Shown here: positions 40,640 to 52,968 of the stretch, piece by piece
Position numbering within the stretch: position 1 is the first letter of the stretch
Layout of the letters: every line of letters begins with the position of its first letter
Origin: Octopus bimaculoides
Taxonomy: Eukaryota
NCBI RefSeq assembly: GCF_001194135.2
Contig: NC_068996.1
Coordinates: 44,619,608 to 44,683,607, forward strand
Direction: 5' to 3'
Length of the DNA stretch: 64,000 nucleotides
Program-made: the position numbers and the translations under genes
Notes under the pieces: model-generated
What the model was told of the DNA's origin: nothing
Databases searched by the model: none
Seen by the model: the letters and a program-made list of their open reading frames with translations, nothing else

Positions 40640-41305
40640 TGCACCGGTTGTCACATTTTACTGCTTTTCTAGCATCTCCGTTCCTTTTGTGTATCAGGTA
40701 TTTCGTTGATATTTCCTGTTCCTGGATCGCAAACGCATACTCTTCAAAGTGAGAGGTTGTAATCCGGTTGTTCCTCCATGATAGACTGCTTTGATAATCA
40801 ATGTTACTGTCATTTCTGAGCTTTCTGATAACATAACCATGCATGGTCTTCTGCTCGTAGACACTCATCCTTTCATCTGATGATACGTTTCGGTAGAGTC
40901 ATCTTTGGGCATATATTTAAGGTTATCAGACAGGGAATGCTGCTCAAGGAGCTGCTTCCCAAGTCTTACGATGTTATCTGCCTCACGTATGCAAACTTGG
41001 TCAAGGGATGCCCTTTGACCCTTGGTGGTTAAAAGATGTTGCCGAAGGGATATGATACGTCGTATCATATTGAAATTCAAAGACATTTTGGATTGATCTT
41101 AAACCTCTGTCGCCTTGTTTTCCTTTTTAGGTAGAGGCGCTCTTCATCATTNNNNNNNNNNGTTAGTATTTTTCGGGTTTTCACATCAATGGCTAGGATC
41201 TCATCAAGCGTCCAATCAAGCAGCCCAAATGTTGGTATGACTGCTGGCACAGAAAACAAACTATGGGCCACTGTTTTATTGAATGCAGAGAGTATTGAGG
41301 TCCAA
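40640..41305 (-). mobile_element. R4/Dong-like RT C-terminal fragment
   Basis: LSAFNK...VPAVIPTFGLLDWTLDEILAIDVKTRKIL, ERLYLKR, MHGY...FAIQEQEISTKY. These parallel motifs in the 6066-7204 copy. Confidence 0.8.
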
Positions 41306-41373
41306 GTTTTCTTTCTTCCTTTCTTTATTTCCTTCTTTCTTTCTTTCTTTGTTTCTTTGTTTCTTCCTTTGTT

Positions 41374-41445
<72 letters not shown>

Positions 41446-41769
41446 TAACGTGTGCGTGTGTGTGTGTGTGAACCTTTCACGAGGGTAAGTATGCGGCGTC
41501 CTGAAGCGAAATAAACATATATTTATTCGTAGACAGGCGCAGTAAAACATAATAAACGGCTTAATGCACAGTTGAATAAACCGGTAGAGAGTGATAAATA
41601 GGTTATAAATAGATTTATATTCATATTCGTTTATGTATTTAAATGTTAAAATATGAATGTGGTTTCATAGAAAATAGATTTATGTATCACACTACTATTC
41701 ACAAACAAAAACGAAACGAAAACCCGTGAAATTCAAAATCTGTTTATTAGCCTATTTCATATTTTTTTT

Positions 41770-41907
41770 TAGAAATAATACATTTCTAGATCTCTCAGAG
41801 AGATTTATGCAGTAGTGATACGATGAAGTAGTTGTATGCTGTCAACTTAATGTGACAGTTTCCTGAAGGGAATAATACTACTGTTGGTTAGACCAAGGAA
41901 GCTGCAC
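41770..41907 (-). mobile_element. Partial copy of the same retrozyme-like family (no hammerhead segment)
   Basis: Near-identical to about 31255-31380 (AGAAATAATACATTTCTAGATCTCTCAGAGAGATTTATGCAGTAGTGATACG...). Confidence 0.8.
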
Positions 41908-42848
41908 GCGCATGCGCGCGCACACACACGCACACAACCAGGGTGAGTGATATACTTGTTCTGAGTTAGGGAGCGGTAAATATATATAGAGTTGGGGAAA
42001 TTTATAATGAGAAAACCGAAAAATGAAATAGACAAAGGGAGAGAGAGAAAGAGGGAGAGAGGGAGAGAGAGAGAGTGAATGAGACACAGATAGATATTGA
42101 GTGAGTGAGGAAGAGCGTGAGTGAGTGAGTGAGAGAGTGAATGAGAGACGGAGAGTGAGCGAGTGAGTGAGTGAGTCTGAGAGAGAGTGAGTGAGAGAGA
42201 AAGTGTGAGTGTGTGAGTGAGTGAGTGAGTGAGATAGAGAGAAAGTGAATGAGCTAGAGTGAGTGAGTGATCGAGTGAGAGCGAGGAGTATATGGATGCA
42301 CTTTTTCAGATTAAATTCGATTTTGGTATTTATTTATTCCTCAAATTTTTAAAAAATGTTACAGTGGTTTAGGTTGATAAATTTAAACTGATGAGAAAAC
42401 AGAATTTGTGCGTGATAGCTGTGTAAAATTAAATTAAACGTTAGAAGACGAAGTTTTAATAAAATGAAAGCTACTGTATGTCATATGAAGAGAGAAAGAG
42501 AGAAAGAGAGAGGGGGAGCAGTATGTGTGAAAGATGATGTATAGAGAATTATAATGAAGGCGCTAAATGTATATATAGAGGGAAATGCGTTAAAGAGAGA
42601 GCCTGGGTGACTGATATAGAGAGAAAAAGATTTGTCGATCTAATAGTTGAGTTATTTCTCGTAGCAAATTATATCTTTCATTATTATATACGGACAATTT
42701 TCTCTTTAGGATGCAGATTTCAAAAATCATATTCGCTTTCCTCGACGAAGCACCGTTTGAGAGATTTTCAGGGCTAAACACAAATATATAACTACTTCTA
42801 AAGCAGATATAGTTGAAATATACACATACGCACAGTCCTGCATATATA

Positions 42849-43697
42849 TCTTAATATATAAAATCCGTTCTGTCTGTCAGTTTGTGCGCTTATAACTCGA
42901 GTATTGTTCATCCGATCGCGCTGAAATTTTAAACATGGATACACGACAGAAGAGGGCGTTCCGTAATCTAAAAAATTTCAAAATAGTTAGTTTCAAGGTG
43001 AAAATCGCTACTTTTGTAATCTTTTTGTCCTGTTTGTTCCGCCATTAAAATCAACCAGTTACTCAGACAACCGGCACATACCATTTCGCTAGCAACAAGG
43101 GGAGTACAGGATGACAGTCAGCCAAAACCGTCGCTATGCTGTCTCTCTTATGGCGTCCAATTCCACTTGAAGTTGTATATATATTGTGTCAAAAGGAACC
43201 ACCACATACAATCACCAAACATCTCCACTACTTAACACCGTCCAAGTTAACCCACTTCACTTTTACAGCTGACATGAAAAGCCACACAAAAAAAAGAGAA
43301 AAAAATGGATTGCTATTAAAACGCGTAAAATTTTGGGGTTAATAATCTTAATCTTTAGTCACAGTTTCTCATTCAAACTACATAATAGGCAGAATTGTCG
43401 GATCAAGACAGTAGGGTGTATTGAGAGAGATTTGGCTGCTATTTCTACCAGGTTTAGCTACCATGTAAAGGTCTCCCTAATTGGCTCATACATACATATA
43501 TACATAAAACCGAAATAAACTACTTAAAGTAACAGTCGTCAAATACAAAAGCCAAGGTCCATACAGTGTCATGGGCCAAAAAGATTTCCAACTTCTTGCC
43601 TAATGCGAGCCCAGAACAATCTCTTATCTCTTACACTATTCAGTACTATATCTCTATTGTAATGTGAGATAATACTTTCAGTTTGAAAGAAGTCTGT

Positions 43698-43752
<55 letters not shown>

Positions 43753-44046
43753 CTTATGTATTCCAAAATTGAGTTACAGATTTTGACGTATAGTGTATCA
43801 GAAAATTCAGTATTATTTCGGCTACAAATTAAATTTCCATTCACATATTTGCATTTTAAAAATTTAACATTATAACCTTTTCCATAAATCAACTATCGTA
43901 AAAATGTTATACAATGACGTCACATTTTCTATATGTGTGTGTGTACTTTAAAAATACATCAATCATCACGACGCGCACTTTCACTCACTCACTAACTCTA
44001 TCTCTCTTTTTCACTCTCTTTCTCTATCTCACACACATATGCGCAC

Positions 44047-44088
<42 letters not shown>

Positions 44089-45140
44089 CCATTTCATATA
44101 GACGTAATACATCTTTCACCCTATTTCTCTGTTCTTTTAGCATTCTCTTTCAATTTCTGCTCCCTTCAAATAAATTTTTACGGAATGAGCGGGAAAAACA
44201 CAGAAAAGACGTAATCTCTCCAGAAACAAGTATAAAGCAAGGAGGATTGTAGAAAACCGAAGGCAAGAGTCTGAAGAAAGATGAGATTTCCTTAAGATCA
44301 GCTAATGCATGTTGCAGCACTTAATGCTGGATCATTAAATCAATGTTTTAATGATTAGACAGAGATCCAATAGAATAGCTCTCAGAAACAGACTACGTAC
44401 AAATTCGTTCTTCACAACTCCTGAAGCTGTTTTCAGATACAATCCCTCCCATTCTTATAAAAATAATAACTCTGTCCAAATTGGTGTACTAAACACAAAT
44501 TGTCGTTTATGTAGAGCTTTAAAATTTTGAAATGAAACAAATGGTATGTACTGCTCAGGCGGTCATGTAACATTGCCAGCACTACCAGTTCCTTCTCAAC
44601 CTCTTATGGATCTTCTAGAAGGCATTTCCATCCAGTCCAAGGATTTTCTAAACAGTATAAGACAATACAACTCTGCATTTCAAATGACACCATTTGGTAC
44701 ATTTACGAAGATAGATAAACAGGAATTTATGCCGCTGTCGAAGCTCAAGGGCAAGTCTATCACCTCATTTGTTCCCTGTTACGCGCAAATGAACAACCAC
44801 AGTTCAAAAAAAATTACTTTATGAGTGATGTATAACAACAAACCCGACGGAAGTGTCAAAATTTCAGTTGATGGGTCATGTTAGACACAGCGCCAACTGC
44901 TGCAAAGGAGAGTATATCCACTGACAGCCTTTTGGTGCGTTCAAAAATCACATAACCCCCACCTCCAATTTTCCATGACAGGTTAGGGCCTGAAATATTT
45001 CAAACGGACGCATTTACTCAGCATTTACTCCACAAATGTTTTGTTGTCAATGCTGCATTTTCTCATATTACCTGTTTCAACATAACTGTAATACAAACTA
45101 TGCCATTTTAATCCCGAGCAATGCCGGGTATCTCTGCTAA
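42849..45140 (+). mobile_element. Helitron, internally deleted, both termini present, with N-terminal Rep-region fragment
   Basis: 5' A|TCTTAATATATAAAA. 3' hairpin CCCG-A-GCA-A-TGC-CGGG (45113-45128) then CTAA|T (CTRR), inserted between A and T. Peptide NCRLCRALKF*NETNGMYCSGGHVTLP...FLNSIRQYNSAFQMT.FG...GQVYHLI.SL. Confidence 0.88.
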
Positions 45141-45150
45141 TATGCTAATA

Positions 45151-45182
<32 letters not shown>

Positions 45183-45277
45183 NNNNNNNNNNNNNNNNNN
45201 NNNNNNNNNNNNNNNNNNNNNNNNNNNNNNNNNNNNNNNNNNNNNNNNNNNNNNNAGAGGAAAACTTTAATCGTCAC

Positions 45278-45733
45278 TATCGAACACGCATACACAAGAT
45301 ATGTGTTTTGTCAGTTCGTAAAAAACCCGTGATTATAGGTGTAAGAGAATATATTCTCATCAATTCACCTGGTATTATTATAAAACACCTGAAAAACATA
45401 GACAAGCGAGATGACTCGCATTGGGTCCCATTGCAGGAGCAATAGACATCCATGTTTTGTTATTTTCGTGGCTTGCCAATTCCGCGTATCCGAAACGAGG
45501 CCAGATGTAAGCTTTTGCATAGACAGCAATTTGCTCTATTGACCAGGCACAAAAATGATAAAATATCGACATGTAGCACTCCTGTAACGGGACCTGATGC
45601 GAGTTATCTCGCTTGTCTATGAATTCCAGGTGTTTTAACACCAGACAAATGGATGAGAATATATTCTCTTATGCTTATTATCGCAGCCTTCCCACGAACT
45701 GGCTAAACACATAGCTTGTGTATATGTGTTCGA
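45278..45733. mobile_element. Foldback MITE with about 175-bp diverged arms
   Basis: TATCGAACAC..TACACAAG, AGAATATATTCTCATC and CATAGACAAGCGAGAT.ACTCGCAT are mirrored on both sides of a core of about 115 bp. Confidence 0.8.
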
Positions 45734-46722
45734 TATTTTTTATATCCCTCGCACTGCTTCTCATTCATTATTGGATATATATATATATTTATATAAAGAA
45801 TAATAATAAGTGGAGCAAAACGCATATAATCAATAAGTTCCTTGAATTCCTACATATGTTTAAAATATTATGTGCACTCTACTCCAAAGAAGTGAGAGAT
45901 ACTGGTATATACATATAATTTCATCGTCAGGGAACCATATTACAAATGCAAGACTTGCGCTGAAGGCTAAGATTACGTACGAGTAATAACACAATATTGC
46001 TAAGTTAAATGACCGTTAGAAACAAGAATGCTAGTTTACAGGGAGCTGTTTAGGGAGAGAGGCTATGAACGCTATTCTAAAAGTTTAAATTAAAGGAAGA
46101 CATAATGAACAGCAGAAAAATCTTAAAGTTAATAATAATGGTAATAATTTTTTTTTTTAAATAATTGAAAGGAGAAAGGGATAGAATCCAACGAATTCTA
46201 TATATATACTACTAAATGTGTAAATAAAAGTTTATAAGGAAGGAAAATTAAAGAAGGATTGTAAATATAATTAATTAACCATAATATTGTATCATATTAA
46301 GTTACGGTAATTAACCTAAATAAATGGCAATGCAAGGTTCAAAACTATAAAGTGTTGAAATGATAATAAACATGCTTACGATAACAAAAACGAGACATTT
46401 CTGTCATTCTGTAAACAACAAAGCACTATCTTTACTCGATGTTACATTTGGGACCTACATATATTTTCCTCGTTTGCTGCCGTGTAATATAATGTTTTCG
46501 GTTTGCTGTTGGAGGAATGACTCCGTAGGCTTTTCTTTATTTCCCTATTCTGGTCATTGAAATATCTATCAACCCTGTTTAATTTCGAGTTGAACGATCG
46601 CCATTTTATCTGAAGACGCTGTAAAACTACCAATCAACAAATCAACCTATCACTGAATAATTATGGTAAGCGCGTGTTTAAACAAAATCATCGATACCAA
46701 AGTAAGAATTTTATATTAGAAC

Positions 46723-46895
46723 ACGGCCATGATGGAGCACTGCCTTAAAGGGTTTTAGCTGAACTAATTGACCTCAGGATTTATATTTTTTAAAGCTGGT
46801 ACTTATTCTATCAGTCTCTTTTGGGAAAACGTTAAGTTATGGGAGACATAAATACACCAACACCGGTTGCCGAGCGGCGACGAGTGACAAACACA
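46723..46895 (-). mobile_element. SINE family A 3' fragment
   Basis: CGGCCATGATGGAGCAC..., TTATTCTATCAGTCTCTTTTG, ACACCAACACCGGTTG. Confidence 0.75.
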
Positions 46896-47306
46896 GACAC
46901 AAAGGCAGACATACATACATACATACATACAAAGATGCATGCATGCATGCATGCATACATACAAGCATACATACATACATGCATGCATACATACGTACAT
47001 ACATACATACATACATACATGCATGCATACATACGTACGTACGTACGTACATACATACATACATACATACATACAAATATGAGCCGGATCAAATACCGCA
47101 AGTTATCCCATTTAATTCTCTAACAATCACTCCATTCCATGGCTGTGTGCTCCGAATCGATGCTCAAAGCAATAAAACGAATGAGTTAACATGATATTAA
47201 AGTGGAGATTATGTGAAAGAAAAAATGATGGATAAAACCGCTACACCACAGTTGGTGGTTAACTGTGTGGTTCTTCAGTTTAGATCACATAGAGCCAGAT
47301 TTTAGA

Positions 47307-47392
<86 letters not shown>

Positions 47393-47559
47393 ATGCATGA
47401 ATGTCTGTCTGCATGTGCAGGCATGAACATGTGAGTATAAATTCATGTGTAAATGTATATTAAATCCAGATTTGTCACAGAGTGGTGTGGTGCTGACCAA
47501 AATCGTAGCTGAAATGGTAAGACTGGTGGTGGTGGTGGTGGTGGCGGTAGTAGTAGTAA

Positions 47560-47609
<50 letters not shown>

Positions 47610-48221
47610 AAACAACGTTGTGTTTTGCGCTGATTTGAACTCGGTGGGGATAGCCGTACGAATATCAGACGACATTTTCTATCCGACGACGACCTACTGG
47701 CTACGTCTGTTCGGTAGCTTTGCAACTCTGATACCCGGACAAATTATCACATGATACTTTATTTATCTATTTATTTTTGTTATATCTACATCCAGGGCCC
47801 ACATCTTGAAAATATTGATTTTCTTGTATTTATCTGGAGTTCAATCGCATAAATACCACTGATATACTGGGTTCGATGCATTTAATATATCATACCAATT
47901 CTTTGCATACCTTGGCATTATGCCTTGTCAAAAGAAATTAACTTACCGCTTTACAAACAACTTTTACACTCATTAGATATGTATGGTCGATTGAGACGAT
48001 TGGCAAGTCTTCTTGATATCTTGGCATAAAATCACCACCACCCTGCTTCACACACAAGAGCTCGCACACAATTCTTTTCGTTCTGTCTGTCTCTTTCTTT
48101 TTATTCAACGAAGTTTGTCTGCAGCTTAAAGGAGATCTTTTCGGGCATTTCAATAATAGTTGGCGCCTTCGATGGGGTATAAGTAAAAGCGTACACTCCG
48201 TCATTGCCGAAGCAACAGCAC

Positions 48222-48299
<78 letters not shown>

Positions 48300-48676
48300 C
48301 GTAAATCACTAGACTTTATGAAAGAATAAAATTCATTCAATGTGGCTCCTATCGCTTCTCTGAAATTGAGGTCTAGCGCTCATGAAAGAAATCAATATGA
48401 TAGTCTACCTATTACAACAATATTGGTGTGTCGGAAATCGATGCGATATACAAGCAGGATAACAATAACAACAAAAACAGCAACAGTTGTAGCTTTTCAA
48501 CTACAATCGTTTTCCCATGATTAATATAGAAAAATATTTTCTCGCTGTGTAATATTGAATCTGCGTTTGTGCAATGCTGTTAGGAAGTGTGTAATATATA
48601 TATACATGTGTGTGTGCGCGCGCGCGCGTGTGTGCATTGATGTATATGTGTATGTGTGTATGGATGTATAAATATA

Positions 48677-48716
<40 letters not shown>

Positions 48717-48745
48717 TACATACATATATATATATATGTGTGTGT

Positions 48746-48793
<48 letters not shown>

Positions 48794-48834
48794 TTATATA
48801 CATATATATATGGAATGCATGTATGTATTCTTTT

Positions 48835-49050
48835 ATTCTTATACTTGTTTCAAACATGTGAATGCGGCCTTGTTGGAGCACCGCCATGAAGGGGTTTTGG
48901 TCTAACAAATGGACCCGCACAATTCATTTCTTAAACCTACCAGTTATTATATCGGTTTCTTTTGCCGAATGGCTCAGTTACGGGGACGTAAACACACCGA
49001 CATCGGTTGTTAAATGTTGATGGGGAGATAAAAAACAGACACAAAGAGAA
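48835..49050 (-). mobile_element. SINE family A 3' fragment
   Basis: GCGGCC.TGTTGGAGCACCGCC...TTTTGCCGAA...GTTACGGGGACGTAAACACACC. Confidence 0.75.
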
Positions 49051-51330
49051 ACACACACACGAAGATACATGCATACACACACACACATATACATATATAT
49101 ATATATATAGACATACATACATACATATATATATATATATANNNNNNNNNNNNNNNNNNNNNNNNNNNNNNNNNNNNNNNNNNNNNNNNNNNNNNNNNNN
49201 NNNNNNNNNNNNNNNNNNNNNNNNNNNNNNNNNNNNNNNNNNNNNNNNNNNNNNNNNNNNNNNNNNNNNNNNNNNNNNNNNNNNNNNNNNNNNNNNNNNN
49301 NNNNNNNNNNNNNNNNNNNNNNNNNNNNNNNNNNNNNNNNNNNNNNNNNNNNNNNNNNNNNNNNNNNNNNNNNNNNNNNNNNNNNNNNNNNNNNNNNNNN
49401 NNNNNNNNNNNNNNNNNNNNNNNNNNNNNNNNNNNNNNNNNNNNNNNNNNNNNNNNNNNNNNNNNNNNNNNNNNNNNNNNNNNNNNNNNNNNNNNNNNNN
49501 NNNNNNNNNNNNNNNNNNNNNNNNNNNNNNNNNNNNNNNNNNNNNNNNNNNNNNNNNNNNNNNNNNNNNNNNNNNNNNNNNNNNNNNNNNNNNNNNNNNN
49601 NNNNNNNNNNNNNNNNNNNNNNNNNNNNNNNNNNNNNNNNNNNNNNNNNNNNNNNNNNNNNNNNNNNNNNNNNNNNNNNNNNNNNNNNNNNNNNNNNNNN
49701 NNNNNNNNNNNNNNNNNNNNNNNNNNNNNNNNNNNNNNNNNNNNNNNNNNNNNNNNNNNNNNNNNNNNNNNNNNNNNNNNNNNNNNNNNNNNNNNNNNNN
49801 NNNNNNNNNNNNNNNNNNNNNNNNNNNNNNNNNNNNNNNNNNNNNNNNNNNNNNNNNNNNNNNNNNNNNNNNNNNNNNNNNNNNNNNNNNNNNNNNNNNN
49901 NNNNNNNNNNNNNNNNNNNNNNNNNNNNNNNNNNNNNNNNNNNNNNNNNNNNNNNNNNNNNNNNNNNNNNNNNNNNNNNNNNNNNNNNNNNNNNNNNNNN
50001 NNNNNNNNNNNNNNNNNNNNNNNNNNNNNNNNNNNNNNNNNNNNNNNNNNNNNNNNNNNNNNNNNNNNNNNNNNNNNAACTGTTCCTCAGAGCGTCACGT
50101 TCCCGTTCCTCGGACAGTTTTGTTTAGTTGGTCCTTTCAACTAGTGATCTTTACAATAACCTGTTGGATGTAATGAACAAAATTCGGAATAAAATCTTAT
50201 TATTAAATCGAAGAAAACCTTAAATTAAAAATAGCTTATAAAGAAGGAGAAAGTCAAAATACCCAAGCTAAATAATTATTTATAAAATATTAATCAATGA
50301 ATACATTAAAAGTTATATCTGTTTAAAAAAATGTTTCACGCTGGATTACATATACACTTAGCAGCATATGCACATACCAAACCGTCTATAATATACATAT
50401 ATACACTAAAACATACGGATGTACATAGCTACATACATATAGAGACATATATAGGCAAGATATAAATATATAAACAAATGCTTATTTATATATATACGCA
50501 CACATGCGCACGTATAAAATCTTCTGGCGTATGCTTACACAAGTTAGTTGTTACAGGCGAAAGAAAGAGATGGAAAAATTAGAGAATATTAAATATGGGG
50601 AGGAGGAAGAAAACAGTGGAGAAGAATAAGAAAATAAAAGAAAGGGGAACAGAGAGAAAGGGGGAAAATAATGACGCCCGAAAGTAAACAACAACATTTG
50701 GAGACTTCATATGGCTTGCGCAACGAAAACATAAAACGCACACATAAAGTTACAGGTATATCTACATGAGGATTAATATACATCCGAATATACACAGGTA
50801 TGGATACGCAAAGTAATGTAGAAAAATACAAAAATATGTTCGCAAAAATATAGAAAAATACAAAAATATGCTTACATATATAAAAGTATACACATACATA
50901 CACATTTTTATATGTATGCATATATATATATAAATATATATATATAAACATAATAAAAATACACACACACACACACACACACACATACATGATAAAAATA
51001 AACCTCGGCAAAACTTTAGCTTAAAATTTAATTTAAATTTAAATTAATAAAGCAGTCGAAGACTTTCTTAACAATGAAGTCGCAATATACATTAGCGTTG
51101 CGATGCAAAATAATTATATCGAGTAGAGTCAAAGTCAAATACGACAGTCAAAAAGTATATTTCGGAAGTCAAAACATTTTACCCATTCGGTATTTTGTCC
51201 GTTGACATTTTAGATGCGAGCTCTTAAATTTCTGCAGGCACGCCACAAAATTTAAAATGTCAACCGACAAAATTCCGTATGGGTAAAATGATTTCATTTT
51301 CGAAATATACTTTTTTACTGTCGCATTTGA

Positions 51331-51513
51331 GAATACAGTTCTATATTTAAGGGATGAGGAATTATGCACATTATTTACATTATTTACATTTGACGGATCT
51401 TTGTCCTCATCTTGGTTGTTGTTAACACATTTCGGCTGATATACCCTCCAGCCTTCATCAGGTGTCTTGGGGAAATTTCGAACCTGAGTTCTCATTCTTA
51501 AGGTATTTTTCGA

Positions 51514-51571
<58 letters not shown>

Positions 51572-52343
51572 GTTGTTGTTATTCACGTCACTGCCTGGAA
51601 TCGAACTCGGAATCTTAGTAGCCTGTACTCTTAACCCCTACGCCATATGCCCGTGGGCAATTATGGAGATTCTCTTTCTTTTATCTTCTTTTTCTTCTTC
51701 TCCACTGTTTTCTTCCTCCTCCTCATACTATGGAGAGAATTTTAGGGCTTATAAATCTATTATTTTTCTATCCTTCCTTAATACCAGTTCCTATATGCTG
51801 TTCATATCTGCACTCGGTGTGCTTAGGAGGTTGTTGTGTCCTAACATATGTGCTGCTTCTTTTAGTTTTCGTATTTTCCATTGGTTTTCTCTGTCTAATA
51901 TTTTAACTTCATCCCACAGGGGGAGGTGGTCTACATTTTTCCATACATAATCAGCTATACCCAATTTATCAATATCTCCTCGTGTCACGGCTTTACGATG
52001 TTCGTCTACCCTTATTTTGAGGGGGCGACTTGTTTCCCCTTTGTATAACTTACCACAACTACATGGGATCGAGTACACGCAGTTTTTGGTCATATTCTCT
52101 TCCATTTTTGGTTTTACGCGAAGGAGATATTTGCGAAGTTTTCTATTACTTTTGAATACTGTCCTGATGTCATATAAGCCGCATATATCTTTTGTATCTT
52201 TTCAGAGAGGCCTTTCACATAGGGTAGACGGACTGTGGACAGTTTATTGGTTTCATCCTGGAGGGTATATCAGCTGAAATGTTGCGTTAACAACAAACAA
52301 GATGAGTACAAATATCCGTCAAATGTAAATAATGTAAATAATG
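51331..52343 (-). mobile_element. Penelope-like element fragment with GIY-YIG endonuclease, bounded by pLTR copies
   Basis: CVYSIPCSCGKLYKGETSRPLKIRVDEH...KIRKLKEAAHM (ORF 51791-52105). pLTR-like sequence occurs at 51331-51500 (-) and 52250-52343 (+, inverted). Confidence 0.88.
51588..51652 (-). other. tRNA-derived segment embedded upstream of the Penelope pLTR
   Basis: Minus strand GGGCATATGGCGTAGGGGTTAAG...GAGTTCGATTCCAGGCAG has A-box and B-box-like motifs and is followed by (AAT)n. It is not a complete cloverleaf. Confidence 0.6.
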
Positions 52344-52589
52344 ACGCATTCGAATTTGACTTTACACGTTATACTTATTTTGCATCGCAACGCTAATGTA
52401 TATTGCGACTCCATTTTAAAGAAAGCTTTCGATTGTTTAATAAATTTGAATTTAAATTTAATTTCAAGCTTAAGCTTTGTCGAGGATTATTTTTATTCAC
52501 GTATTTAATTATATTACATCAAATTAATGAACAATTTCTTTATTTTACAATATTATACACACCGAACAGCATTTAAAAAAAAAATTGTT

Positions 52590-52968
52590 AGCGTATAACA
52601 ACCACATGGTTCCGGGTTCAGTCCCAGTGCGTAGCATCTTGGGCAAGTGTCTTCTACTATAGCCTCGGGCCAACCAAAGCCTTGTGAGTGGATTTGGTAG
52701 ACGGAAACTGAAAGAAGCCCGTCGTATATATATGTATATATATGTACGTGTGTATATGTTTGTGTGTCTGTGCTTGTCCCCCAACTTCGCTTGACAACCG
52801 ATGCTGGTGTGTTTACGTCCCCGTAACTTAGCGGTTCGGCAAAAAGGGACCGATAGAATAAGTACTAGGCTAACAAAGAATAAGTCCGGGGTCGATCTGC
52901 TCGACTAAATGCGGTGCTCCAGCATGGCCGCAGTCAAATGACTGAAACAAGTAAAAGAGTAAAAGTGT
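52590..52968 (+). mobile_element. SINE family A inserted in the right arm of the foldback
   Basis: AACCACATGGTTCCGGGTTCAGTCCC ... CATGGCCGCAGTCAAATGACTGAAACAAGTAAAAGAG. Absent from the left arm. Confidence 0.9.

Noticed and set aside
45585-45620. CTGATG-CGAG ttat CTCG as a hammerhead
   Set aside because: No GAAA core after the stem, and it is explained by the MITE arm.
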